Shown: positions 1 through 12,896, counted from the first letter of the stretch. The stretch: DNA of 64,000 nt from Paraspadella gotoi (GCA_051294375.1 CM119263.1:2725583-2789582); one strand, 5' to 3'. Made by a program: numbers and translations. The notes: a model not told the origin generated them from the letters alone.

Positions 1-514
1 AGGGAGGAAGAGGGAGGAAGTAGAGGAGAGAGGGAGGGAGGGATGGAAGAGGGAGGAAGTGGAGGAGGGAGGAAGTGGAAGAGAGAGTAAGGGAGGGAGA
101 AAGTGGAGGAGGAAAAGGAGAATTAGAAGGGATAAAAAAGAAGAAAAGAAAAAGGAAGAGACGAGAAAATAAAAAAGGAAATAAGAAAAAAGATAAATGA
201 TGATAAATTGATGAGCGAATCAGAAAAATGTTGCGAAGAATTTGGTCATAAAATGAATGAGATAAATAAACTGGAAAACTCGACGAAACGGAGGGGATAA
301 CTGATAAGTTGGGGGGGAGGGGAATGGGGGAAGGGATGGGGAGCAGGGGATTTGAGGGAGGAGATAAAGGAGGAAAGGGGAAGTGGAGGAAGAAGAGAAA
401 AAAGAAGAGAAAAGAAAAAGATTGAAATTTTAGGAATATTTTACCCTCAGTTGACAAACCCAAAATTTTTGGATGAGCAGATAAAAGTAAGTTATAAAGT
501 AAGAAATTGCTAAA

Positions 515-660
515 ATCAATATAAAAATTATCCATTCATTTAATAAATACGAAAGCCGCGGACTTTGGACAGGCTTTGGTGTTTTAAGGCCTCTATCACT
601 CTTACAAGATAATGACATAGCAGGTCCCTACAAGAATTCGATCAAGGCTCTCTCACAGTT
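515..660. repeat. ~150-bp segment (glutaredoxin 3' UTR) with a diverged paralogue at ~12265-12690
   Basis: Shared blocks caatataaaaattatccattcatttaata, tttggacaggctttggtg, cttacaagataatgacatagca and ctctcacagt occur in the same order in both places. The second copy is interrupted by an LTR. Confidence 0.85.
539..544 (-). promoter_or_regulatory. Candidate polyadenylation signal ATTAAA of the glutaredoxin-fold gene
   Basis: ATTAAA on the minus strand about 140 nt after the stop codon, followed by T-rich sequence. Confidence 0.4.
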
Positions 661-682
661 CAATCGAGTCTCACCAGTGATT

Positions 683-780
683 TCAGATCATGTGCTCCGT
701 CTCCGTGGGTTTCGCGCCGCAGTCCTTCAACAGCACGTCCAGCTCTCCGTGCTCCTCCAGCTGCCGCAAGCTGTCGAGAC
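683..780 (-). CDS. Terminal coding exon of a glutaredoxin-fold protein
   Basis: Pyrimidine tract and acceptor (ccctttccccatcag|GT, phase 1). Reads (G)LDSLRQLEEHGELDVLLKDCGAKPTETEHMI-stop (TGA at 685-683), matching the glutaredoxin C-terminal GG-x-D...GEL..LL helices. GC-rich island in AT-rich flanks. Confidence 0.85.
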
Positions 781-904
781 CTGATGGGGAAAGGGGGGGA
801 AGCAAAAGGTGGACTTAAAAAAATTGTTGATGAACATTCAGATTTATTTTTTCCAATTCAAATTTCTTTATGCATACAGTTTTAATATCACTTTATTGTA
901 TAAT

Positions 905-1189
905 TGTAGTCGGGCATTGCCTAGGTTCACCCCGCCTATAAGCATGACACCTTCAGTCCTGACCCGGTGGCTCATTGAGTAAAGCCATCAGCTCATGACC
1001 ACTAGGTACCGGGTTCAATCCCAACCCGGTACCTACCCTGTGGGAAGCGTGAGGGCGGCCGTAAGCCGCCTTGGGGGCGTGGCAACCCCTCAAGCCTGGT
1101 TCCTAGCCCAGGACCCGTTCCATGGCTACTAAAGGGCGTTATAGAAGTTATGGATAGTCATCTTCAGCCCACTTAGCGCCTTATCCACA
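905..1189 (+). mobile_element. Solo LTR (285 bp) of a Helenus-like TRIM with 4-bp TSD
   Basis: Begins TGTAG and ends CCACA. Flanked by direct repeats TAAT (901-904 and 1190-1193). Highly similar to three other copies in the window. Confidence 0.9.
961..1032 (+). promoter_or_regulatory. tRNA(Met)-like internal Pol III promoter inside the LTR
   Basis: A-box-like TGGCTCATTGAG at 968-979 and B box GGTTCAATCCC at 1012-1022, at exact tRNA spacing (positions 8 and 52 if 961 = 1). CTCATGA occupies the anticodon loop with CAT at 994-996. Anticodon and acceptor stems no longer pair. Confidence 0.75.
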
Positions 1190-2305
1190 TAATATTATTG
1201 TCTACTGAATGAATGTAACAACAACAATTTTCGATAACTAATCGAAAGTCGTGAAACAGTTTCTTGAAAACAGTTTTCATAAATTTCTCTTTCAATTTAA
1301 TTTTTCTTCCATTATTTTTTCTTTCCGCTTTTTTCTTCATAATCTTTTCTTTTCAAAATATTTTTCTCCTTTTTTTTCATTTTCTCATCGCTTGTTTTTC
1401 ACTCCAGCCAACGTTTCTTAATTTTCTTCTTTTCTTTTCTTTTTTTCTTATCTATCCTCTTTTCTCTTTTCTCTTTTCTTTTCTTTTCTATCCTATTTTC
1501 TCTTTTCTTTTCTTTTTTTCTTTTCTTTTTCAAACTCAGTCCTTCCTTCTTTTTCTTTTTTTCTTTCTTCCTCCATTTTGTTTATTCCCAAATTGAGATT
1601 CTTTTCTTTTATCTCGTCGCTTTTTTCCCACTTTCCTTCTTAGTTTGAATTTAATTCCTGTCGCTGCAACATGAATCTTTTTTGATAAATGTCATTTTCA
1701 TCGTCGTTGAAATTTAATTTAATTTAATTCAATTTCAATTGCATTTGTTATTTTCGCCGTCGTTCGCAAAGATAAAACATTTAAACGGATTTTATTGACC
1801 AAAATATTAAAAAACTCCGTTTATTTCTGGTTAAATCATAAGGCGGCTTTTGTTTAATTTGTCATACATGCCATTCTCAAAATAAAGAAGAGAGAGAGAG
1901 TGTAGAGAAGTTTCCGTCTCTCTACGCCGCTCCAAGTAATATCAGTTGGTCCAGGAAAGGCTCGGCTAAATACCGCAACCGACAAGGCATCCACTGACTC
2001 TATATCATGAGTATAATCTCGAAGACAATGTAAGAGAAATCATAGAGTAAATCGAAGTGTAATTCTAAAGAAATGCATCAATAATCCGTCATAAAATCCA
2101 GTAATAATTCGTTAAAGCCAGTGTAAAATGCCGTAGGAAAATGGTTAAAATACCGAGGGAAATTAGTCCAAGCAAGCGGAATCTATCAAACTGAATTCGT
2201 GATCCAAAGTCTGACTGAGGTTGACCGGGGAAGAAGAGGAGAGAGCTAGAGAAAGATATCTCAGTCTCTCTCGGTCCACAAACTATCTGTGGCCACTGGT
2301 TCTAC

Positions 2306-2339
<34 letters not shown>

Positions 2340-3496
2340 TTAATATATGTAAAAGCAAAAGTACAATGGAGATGAATAATAAAGGGATATAGGGAGGAAC
2401 AGAGAAATGTGAGAAAAAAAGAGAAAAAAATAAAAGAAAAAAATTTAAAGAAAAAAAAAAGTTAAAAAAAGAATAAAAAAAATACATATTTATTAAAAAC
2501 CACAAAAAAACAATAAAAATAAATAAATGTAAAAGGAAATAACAAAAAAAGAATTTCGTCTTAAGCAAGAAAATAAATATTTGATCATAAAGGAAGATGA
2601 AGCGACTCGGACTACACTCTGGAGAGATAAAAGGCGCGTTGAGGAAAAGAAGCGGAAAAAAAATAAAAGAAGCGGAAAAATAAAGAAAAAGAAGCGGTAA
2701 AAAAAGATAAAAAGAAGCGGAAGAAGAAACAAAAAGTGGGAAAAGAAAAAAAGAAGCGGAAAAAAGCGAAAAGGAAGCGATTAGGACGCGAAGGGAGGCA
2801 TATCTGAGGCGATAATGGCCTGGCGAAGAACGCGATGGAACGACGCTCGCCAGAGGGCGAAAGGCAAAAAAAAAAACCGGGCGGCCGGCGATGGCGACAT
2901 AGCGATGGTAACTGGCAATTAGTAGCGGCTAGTTATGGCGACTGGTAATTGATGGCGGTCGGGGATGAAGACGAGCAAAGGATAAAAGGAATAAAACATA
3001 GACAGTTGATTAACATAAGAAAAAAACAAACAGAAAGTTAGAATCTGGAAGTATCGAATAAATACTGTAAATGGTATAAGTTCAGACCAAGGAATGGCAT
3101 TTGCAACAAATTTATCAATATTGAGGAATGAATGGTAAGAACAGAAATGGACAAAGAATTTATCCAAAACAGTTTAAAAAAAAAAGATTTTGAATCGAGT
3201 GAAAGGATGCGAAACCGAAAGTAAGAGAAACGTCGTCGTCGTCGTTGTTGTTGTAGCTGTTGTTGTTGTCGTGGTTATCGTCGACTAATACAGTTAATGA
3301 GTCCTAGACGTTCTCTCTCTTTGCGGATCCACGACGTCTTTTGTTTTTGTTTTTGTTGTTGTTGTTGTCGCTGACGTTTCGTCCGTCGTCGTAGATGGTT
3401 TTGTTGACGGCGCTTCGCCTATTTCCGCGAGGGGGCGTGCCCGTCCTGCGACGCGTCTCAATAAAAACGCCACAGTTCCCCCCGGGCTTCTGCGGC

Positions 3497-3527
<31 letters not shown>

Positions 3528-4347
3528 CCGACTGCGGCGACGCCCCCCGCCCGCAAATTGCGACTCCGCCGACGCGAGATTAAAACGCGAGCGGGAGGGA
3601 AACGTTTTTGTAATCCGCCGCCAGAGGTTTTTTTTTCACCCTTCTTCCTTTTTTGTTGATGTTTTTCGAGAAAACTAAAAAGTGGTCCCTTGGGGCGCGA
3701 GTCAAATCGTAAAACTTGGAAAAACAAAAGGGAAAAAGTTTTTTTTTTCTTTAGTCGCTTCGACTTGGAAAAATAAATCATGAAGAGAAATTTTTTTTTT
3801 ATTTTCTTCTTTTTTAAAAAAAGAATTTTCTGGAAAGAAGAAAACGATGAGAATACATTAATGAGATAGGAGAGAAAATATAGAAAATGAAAAATGGGAA
3901 ATAAAAGAGATGAAAATTGAGAGATAATACTTTAATAGTTGAAAAAATTCTTTGTTTGTCTTCGTCTTTTTATGTAAAGATATTTGAAAAGTTTAGGAAT
4001 AACTTTTTCCAATAAAGTAGTCGATCTTTTTGGATGAGCTTGAGCGGTGTCAAAAAGTCACAAGTCACAAGTCACAAGTGACAAGTGACAATTCACAAGT
4101 CACAAGTCACAAGTCATGAGACAAATAAGAAAATATTCTAGGATTGGGAAAATAATGAAACGACGATAACGAAGACGATGACGACGACGATGGCGACAAC
4201 AACGTGGACGAAAACAATCTTGTGAAAAATACACCGACCAGACGCGAAAGCTATGAAACAGATGACCGCGGGCGAAACAACGAGAAAACAACGAAAGAAA
4301 CAAGAGAAACAACTGGGGAAAACAAAGAGGGAATTAACTGACGAAGC

Positions 4348-4473
<126 letters not shown>

Positions 4474-4829
4474 GGGCTTGGTCAGAAAGATTGGAAGCGA
4501 ATCTGTGGGGAGGGTTATTCTCGGGTTATGGGGTAGAGATGCTTGAAGGAAAAAAGGAAAAAGGAAAAAAAAGAGGAAAACAAAAGGAGAAAAGGAATTG
4601 CAAGAACAACAAAAAGATAAGACCACTGATGCCAGAAACTCATTTGCGGTCATCGAGTCATTTATCGTAGTTGTCTTTCGTCGATGTCAGCCTTAACACC
4701 GGATCCTCGGTTCTCTCTCTCTCTCTCCCCTCTCTTCTCTCTCTCCTTCTCTCTTCAATGCATCATAAAAGCGAAAACTTGGATCTTTCTCTCTCTCGCT
4801 CTCTCTCTTCTCTCTTCTCTCTCTCTCTC

Positions 4830-4862
<33 letters not shown>

Positions 4863-6059
4863 CTTCTTCAATCCTCATCAAAAGCCGAAAACTTGGATTC
4901 CGTTTGCTCTACTTTTTATTGACGGCAAAACTCAACTCGGAAAAGTGAAAAGTGAAAAGAGTGAATGAAAACTGGAGACGTGAATCGAATGAAATATCGA
5001 GTCGTTATTACCTGCGACGACGACGACGACGACGACGATGACGCTGACGACGGCTAAAAAGACGATGACGACGACGACAGCAAAAAGGACAACGACGACG
5101 ACGACGACGACGACGACGGCGAAAACTGCATCTACGGCGGTTAATCGCTTTCAGACCTGATATATTGAGGCCATAAACCGGTCGTTCTGCCGTCTCACCG
5201 CCAGATGCGGATTCATAAGGCTTCGCAGCGCCGCTCGCCGCTCGCCGGATGACGCCGAGTGCCGCCTCGGGCCGCTTTATACGGAGTGCCGCCTTAAACC
5301 GCCTGATTCTGCCTGACGCCGCTTGACGCTGAATGAGGCCGCATGTCGTCGCCCGACGCCGCCTGATGCCGCCTCTCGCCGTTTGACGCCGCCCCGCGCA
5401 CGACACCGCCTGACGCCGCTTGACGCCGAATGAGTCTCATACTAATCAATATTAAAAAGCGCGTTATCAGGCCTCGAGATGCTATTTTCATCGCCTGTTG
5501 CGGGCGTCATTGAACAGTTAATTCACCTGGGTCTTCACGACATCAGGCTTTATTCTTGCTCTCCTTGGCCTGACACGTCCCTGCCTGAAAAAGAAGTTGA
5601 TGTCTAATGGAAAAACTGACTGTTTCATTGAGATGGAATTTAGGAGAGAAAAAAAATGAGGGGAAAGGTTTATAAGAAAATGATGGTTTTGTGGGGAAAG
5701 TAATAAAAAGGTAAGGAATTGTAGTTGGAAAGTAAAGTGGAAGATTAACGGGGAGGAATAAGTAAGTAATTAAAGTAAGTAAGTAAATAAATAATTCAAG
5801 GATCAAGTTAAAAGTAATGAAAAATTCGAATGAGATTAAGTTATATCTTGAGGAAAAGTGCATTTAGCCACGCTTTAATTTAACTTAGCTTGGCTCAAAG
5901 TTAATTATATTAATTATATAGTTAAATAAATCATTATTTATAAATATATCCAATCAAGGATTGAAGTTCGCAATCCGAGAGAGAGAAAGAAAAAAAGACG
6001 AAATACAGGGTGAGTCGTTAAAATTTATACGTCGTTACCGACGATTTCATGGGGAATGG

Positions 6060-6155
<96 letters not shown>

Positions 6156-6552
6156 TTTCCATTGAAAATTCTCGTTCCTTCCGACTTTTACATCTCTTAT
6201 ATCAGTTCTACGACTTTGGGATAAACTCCTTCAACGTCTCCATGGAAACCGCAGCGTCATCAAAATCTGACGAGCACTCAATCGCCGCTTCCGCCGCACC
6301 TGCTGATGCTGTCGCCTATGCCGCAACTGCTGCATCTACTGTAGAAGCAGCCCCTGTCGCACTTGCGGCATTACCACTGCTGTCCCTTCGCTTCTTCGTC
6401 ATATTTGACACTTTTTTTGTTGGAATCACCTGCTATCATTTCTTTCGCGCTCTCTCTCTGTCTCTGACTATCTCTCTCTCTCTCTACCCGCACGCCCACC
6501 TTGGCATACTTCACGTTCACAGGTTCTTAGACTTTCACTCACTCTCTTCTCT

Positions 6553-6584
<32 letters not shown>

Positions 6585-6616
6585 CTTTCTCTCTTCTCTC
6601 TCTCTCTCTCTTTCTT

Positions 6617-6665
<49 letters not shown>

Positions 6666-6726
6666 CCTCTCCTCTCTCTCTCTCTCTCTCTTTCTCTTCT
6701 CTTCTCTCTCTCTCTCTCTCTCTCTT

Positions 6727-6786
<60 letters not shown>

Positions 6787-6788
6787 TT

Positions 6789-6964
6789 NNNNNNNNNNNN
6801 NNNNNNNNNNNNNNNNNNNNNNNNNNNNNNNNNNNNNNNNNNNNNNNNNNNNNNNNNNNNNNNNNNNNNNNNNNNNNNNNNNNNNNNNNNNNNNNNNNNN
6901 NNNNNNNNNNNNNNNNNNNNNNNNNNNNNNNNNNNNNNNNNNNNNNNNNNNNNNNNNNNNNNNN
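6789..6964. other. Assembly gap (other gaps: 12897-12921, 17631-17860, 25441-25609, 26660-26684, 37089-37113, 45574-45598)
   Basis: Runs of N; most abut microsatellites. Confidence 1.
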
Positions 6965-7239
6965 ATAAAGATGCGATCGAGCGACCGAAAAGACATCCTC
7001 TTCAATTCTTTTTCTCTTTAAAAATTTAAGATTCAATTAAAACAGCGGGAAACGACAACGGTGGCGCAGTTGCATTCAACCACCGCCCCCCTACATTGTG
7101 TGAAAAAGAGAGAAGAGAGGGGGGCGTATGAGATGTGAGAATGAGAGCAAGACTTAGGGGAAAGAGATGTGAGGGGAAGGTGAGAGTAATGCTTTGTGAG
7201 AGTGAAGGGCGTGCAGGTGAGTAAGAGAGAGAGAGAGAG

Positions 7240-7270
<31 letters not shown>

Positions 7271-7485
7271 GAGAGAGAGGAGGAAGAGAGAGAGAGAGAG
7301 AGAGAGGAACAGAGTTAATCGCATCAGGGTCATACATGAAATTCGATTTTCCTCAGCCGAGACAAATAATTGCCGTTTGCTCGAAGGGCGATTTTCACTA
7401 AAACTGGGAATAAATGGAAAAATCACAGTCGTCGAATTGTGAAGCTTTCGTTGTCCTGTTCTCTCTCATTTCCGCTTATTTCGCA

Positions 7486-7522
<37 letters not shown>

Positions 7523-7534
7523 CCTCTCTCTCTC

Positions 7535-7618
<84 letters not shown>

Positions 7619-8247
7619 GCACAAAGAATTGTCAAGGGATTGTCTCGACAGGAAGGCAGGCAATTCGGAGGTTAAAAAGGGTGGATGAAGAAGTGGGCGA
7701 TGTCCTCCCCCTTCCTCCTCCCTCCTCTGCTCCTCCTTCTTTTTCTTCCCTCTTCCTCCTTCCTCTTCCTCTCTCCTCCCCCTTCTCCTCCCTCCCTCCA
7801 CCCTTCCTCTCCCTCCTTCTTCCCTTCCTCTTCCCTTCTCTCTCCTCCTTCCTTCCTCCTCCCTCCTCTCTTCCTCCCCCTTCTCCCTTCCCCATTCCTT
7901 CCCCCTTCCCTCTTCCTCCCTCTTCCTCCTCTTTCTGTCTCCTCCCCCCTTCCTCCCTCTTCCTCCCCCCTTCTCCCCTTCCCCCCTTCCCCCTGCCTCC
8001 TCCCCCTTCCCCCCTTCCTCCCCCTTCCTCCCTCTTTCCTCCTTCCCTTCCATTTCAGAGAGAGAGAGAGAGAGAGACAGAAAGAGACAGAAAGAGAGAG
8101 AAAGAGAGAGAGAGACCAAGAGACAGAGTCGGCTCTCTCCACATAATCCCGACTTGTCCGTCGGTTGACCTCCTCAAGAGACGAAAATTTCTTTTCTCCA
8201 TTAATCAGGATAAAGTCGAGTCACGTGATCGTCTTAGTTCCCGCGCG

Positions 8248-8345
8248 TGCTCAACTGCGTGCTCATTGCGAGTTAACTGCGTGCTCATTGCGAGTTAACT
8301 GCGTGCTCATCGCTTGCTCTTTGCGTGCTAATTACGTGCTCATTC
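8248..8345. repeat. 22-bp minisatellite (gtgctcattgcgagttaactgc)
   Basis: About four tandem units visible. Confidence 0.8.
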
Positions 8346-8429
8346 TAGGATCATCGCTTGCTAATAGCGTTCTCACAGCGTGTTACTATTGCTTGCTTGA
8401 TTATGAGGAAGACTCCTTCGCTTGAAGCA

Positions 8430-8563
8430 GTGATCGCCTTTAGATATTTGGGCGATCGCCTTTAGTTCGAAGTTGCGGCGATCCCCTTAAGTTGAAAGTT
8501 GCGGCAATCGCCTTTCGAAGTTGCGGCAATCGTCATTCGAAGTTGCGGCAATCGCCTTTCGAA
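8430..8563. repeat. ~22-bp minisatellite (gaagttgcggcaatcgcctttc)
   Basis: Several tandem units visible. Confidence 0.8.
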
Positions 8564-10082
8564 GATCCCAAACTACTAAAAAACATATTGTCATATCTAT
8601 TATGAAGAGAAATTGCTCAATGCGTTGGCAATTCTTCCACAGTCCAACCTATACCATATCAATTATTTTTATGTCAAGTTATTTCATTGGCAATTGTGTT
8701 ACATCGTCCTCCTGATTGCCTATTCTATTACTTTACGACGGATCGTAATATCGGGAATTGTTTTACAGCGCCGTCCGCCGTCCTTATTGACATTTCTTTT
8801 ATTTTATGGCACCGCACGAGCGGCGCCACCACCAATACTCCGCTATTTTTGCGGCGCCCTTCCTCAATCCTCCGCCATTTTGGAAAAATAACTCTTTCAA
8901 ATCGATGTCGAGATTTTATTGCCCTCTTACGTTTTACGTTCTGAGTCGTCTTCTCTTTATCTTATGAAAAATAAGGATGCGATTTTTAAAAAAAATGTCT
9001 TTGTGAATGAGAGATGAATGAGTGAAGTGAGAAATGAATGAGAAAGTGAATAAATCATTAAATGAACGAAACAATTGAGTGTGAAACATTAAAAACAATA
9101 AAACAGAAAAATTAAAATATGAATAAAGAAAACGATATTTTTTATGAGTGAAAGTAGAAATGTTAAAAAAGTGAATGAAAGGGAGATAATGATGAATCTG
9201 TACTCCAGATAGATATGCTTAAAATACTAAAAAAGGCAGATTAATTGGAAACATTACAGATGATTTTAAAGGAAGGTCAAAGTGAAAACCGAGGGATGGA
9301 AAACTAATTTGATAAACCAAATTTAATTTTATATCGGTTTTGTTTTGTAATGACATTTTGTAATATTAACCGGCTCGTTTTTTTTTCAGAATCCTATTCC
9401 CATAATTATTATTCGTTCTTTCTCTCTCTGTCTCTCTCTTTCTCTTTCTGTCTCTGTCTTTCTCTATTTCTCTTTTCTCTTTTTCTCTCTTTCTATACTT
9501 CTCTCTCGGCGGGGGATGATTACGAGCAAGGATCGAGCCCCGGATCGGCGGTGAGCATGGCATGGCATGGCGTTATAAAGCCTTTGGGGGTGACAGAAAC
9601 CGCAGTGGGGGTTGAAAATCGATACAATAAAAATATCGAGGGGTGGCAGAAACAAGGGGGCTTGCCAGGGGAGAGTTTTAAAGCCTCGGGAAGGGGGGGG
9701 AGCAGGTCCCTCTAAAAGAGGCGTGGCGATAAACCCTGGCGGCGACGGGATTGAACGAGGTCATCGGAACGAGGGCGAAGGTCGGCGAGGGCGGCGCCAT
9801 ATTCGCGGACGAGTGGCGCCTCGAGCGGCGGAAAACGAGAAAAGAAATACGGGGAATGGGACGTTTGAGGAAGAATGGATTGTGATGGGGAAGAGGGAGG
9901 GAGATGGAGATGGGGAAGAGGGAGAGGGAGAGAGAGAAGGGGAAGAGGGAGAGAGAGAGGACAACAGCGGAAGTTGGAGATTTGAGAAAGGAAAAAAATC
10001 GGAGAAAAAAAAATACCGAAAGTTGATAAGAAAAATAAATCTAGAATAATTTAACATAGGTTACTGGTATTAAAACTTAGTT

Positions 10083-10167
<85 letters not shown>

Positions 10168-10764
10168 CCCCTTGGCAGCTCTTCTGGAGGTTAAGCGATT
10201 ATATTCACTTCTAAAGCAAAAACCAAAAAAATGACATTTTTTCTTCAAGTTTAAGAAGAAAATCTTTGTCAAAATCCAGTTTATCTCTTTCAGGCTTTTC
10301 TTTCTCGAGTTAGTATGATTCTTTATTCATAGCAGTGTTCAGTTTATAAAAGTATTGCTATTGTAACAAGTGTAAAATTCTGTGAAAGTATTCCGTACCT
10401 CCTAAATGTAATCCTCCAGACTGTGAATAAATTCCGTTAATGTAAATCGTTCATCTTTCGCTCCAGAGGTCAAAAAAAAAAAGAGAAGAGAGAGAAAAAT
10501 ATCTCGCCTCACTTAGGATTTGTTTCCTTCGGATTTTTCAAATGAAAGTCTCTCTCCTCTCTTCTCCTCCTCTCTCCTCCTCTCTCTCGTCTCTCGTCCC
10601 TTCCAATCTCTCTCTCTACTCTCCTCTCAGCGCTTCTCCCTTTCTCTCCCTCTGGCCATCTCGTCTTCCTCTCTCGTCTCTCTCTCTTTCTTCAAAAAAT
10701 GTTCTGCGCATATATAGAAAATTTCTCCTTGGAAAAATCAGTGCCATGTCAAGGTCAAACGTAG

Positions 10765-10970
10765 TGACGTCCCCGGCGCCAATGTCCTCCCTCCAATGAC
10801 GTTGCGCCAATATCACCGCGCCAATGACCTGACCTCAACTGCCCCAATGTCCTCGCTCCAATGACGTTGCGCCAATATCACCGCGCCAATGACCTGACGT
10901 CAACTGCGCCAATGTGGTCGCGCCAAATACGCCGCACCAATTTCGCCACGCCAATGAGCCGCGCCAAAGA
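10765..10970. repeat. ~65-bp tandem repeat built from gcgccaat subunits
   Basis: atgacgttgcgccaatatcaccgcgccaatgacctgac occurs twice, with degenerate flanking subunits. Confidence 0.75.
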
Positions 10971-12344
10971 CGTTACCGACGCTAGAGGCGCTGCTGTCGA
11001 CTGCCGTGAATCTAAATTGCCGTCATATACCGAAACCACAAACGGTAGTGGGCGCGTGCTAACATGTGTGTTAAAGATTAAGCAATTATGGTGGACTAAA
11101 ATCCACCAACCGATCATCGGCGGTCATTGGAGCCGGAGGCAAGTCAGGGACTGCTTATAATGAACGGTTCTGTCACTAACAATATTTACTGTCTCTTCAC
11201 AATATATATTTTATTCTGAACAATTTGTTATGTCCATTACTGAGTAGAAAATCGAAAACCTCCGAGTCAAACTATGAAAAGAAAACAAATTATCAATTTT
11301 GCAAAAACAAATGAAAGGATATAACGTCGCAAACGCCATGAATCAATAGGAGGCGCTCTTTTTTTTCTGAGGGACGACGACGACGACGACAACGACAGCG
11401 ACGACGTCGACGACGACGATGACAGCGACCGCGATGACGACGACAACGATGACGACGACGATGTTGATGACGACAGCGACGATGACAGCGACGACGACGA
11501 CAGCGACGACGATAATGACGAGAAGAAAATCGTTATTAGACGTCGATTGAGGGCGAATGACTTGGAAAAAAAAAGGAGGAAAACTTGGGAGGGAAAAAAT
11601 CAAAGAAGCGGAAACTGGAGGAAAGAAAAGAAACAGATTTTAATCATTTACTCTTTCATTTCTTTCTTTTCTATTTTTTCATCCTTTTCCTCTCTTTCAT
11701 CCACGACCTTTCTTTTCTATTTTTTCTCCCTTTCCTTTCCTCTTTTCCTTTCCTTTCCTTTTTTTCCCTTACCTTTCCTTTCCTTTCCTTTTTTTTCTTA
11801 CCTTTCCTTTCCTTTCCTTTCCTTTCCTTTCCTCTCCTTTCCTTTCCTCTCCTTTCCTTTCCTTTCCTTTCCACCCCTCACTATTCCTTTCCTTTTTTTC
11901 CTCCCTCCTCGGTTAATGAGGAAAATGATCTCCACGGATAAAGAAAGCGTTTTATGGCTAAATCTCTCAATGACGCGTATCACTTTCAACTTTCACACTT
12001 TTCTCTTTTCTACTCTTTGCTCCAGTGAGACTTTTTTCTTTTCACATTCTCAGGCGCGAGTTTCAACTTAATCCGTGAATTTTAAATTTTTCGCACTTTT
12101 TTCATTTTGTGATGGATTTAAGCTCTTTTCTTTTTCCATTGCAGGTTTCTTTCCTTGTTAAATACATTAAATTGAGAAGTGAATTGAGATAAATTAAATC
12201 TCTCGTTTAATTTAAACGAGAAATTTAAAATTTTATCTTAAGATTTGAATAAAATTGGTACAACCAATATAAAAATTATCCATTCATTTAATAGATAAGC
12301 TATCTTACCCCTGAATTTGGACAGGCTTTGGTGGTTTAGGATAA

Positions 12345-12627
12345 GGATAAGGCGCTAAGTGGGCTGAAGATGACTATCCGTAACTTCTATAACCCCCTCT
12401 AGCAGCCATGGAACGGGTCCCTGGGCTTGGAACCAGGCTTGAGGGTTTGCCATGCCCCCAAGGCGGCTTACGGCCGTCCTCACGCTTCCCACAGGGTAGG
12501 TACCGGGTTGGGATTGAACCCGGTACCTAGTGGTCATGAGCTGATGGCTTTACTCAATGAGCCACCGGGTCAGGACCGAAGGTGTCATGCTTATAGGCGG
12601 GGTGAACCTAGGCAATGCCCGACTACA
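12345..12627 (-). mobile_element. Second LTR copy (solo-type), 3' end clipped
   Basis: Reverse complement of 905-1189. Intact TGTAGTCGGG start at 12627. The other end lacks the terminal ACA and shows a duplicated GGATAA. It interrupts a paralogue of 515-660. Confidence 0.88.
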
Positions 12628-12859
12628 GTCTCCATCACACTTACAAGATAATGACATAGCAAGCTTTCAATCAAGACTCTCACAGTCTCGTTTATTCACT
12701 CCCAGAGTACCTGGCTTTCCTATCAATGAAGTGGTATATTATTTCAAAGAATGTTTCAATTGTATTTTTTTTTCGAAAATTAAAATTAAATTAACGATAC
12801 AAATGTGGAAGAGAATCGAATACTTCAAATTTCGTTTCCCGATATTTTACATATATACA

Positions 12860-12896
<37 letters not shown>

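Noticed and set aside
961-1032. Functional tRNA-Met gene
   Set aside because: Acceptor, anticodon and T stems do not pair, there is no T-run terminator, and it is always embedded in the LTR.
905-1189. Ordinary tRNA-derived SINE
   Set aside because: All copies include ~55 bp upstream of the tRNA-like start. TG...CA ends, a 4-bp TSD and a PBS/PPT-flanked two-copy form fit an LTR better.
12364-12590. Hammerhead ribozyme (retrozyme) or twister in the LTR
   Set aside because: CTGAAGA and CTGATGG occur, but I could not build stems I-III with a correctly placed GAAA and UH. GAAA is GAAG in two copies, and no twister core was found. An Infernal scan would settle it.
12655-12695. Degenerate hammerhead in the 3' UTR-like repeat (minus strand ctgtga...gaaa)
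   Set aside because: The core lacks the conserved A of CUGA, stem I does not pair, and GAAA is not conserved in the 515-660 copy.
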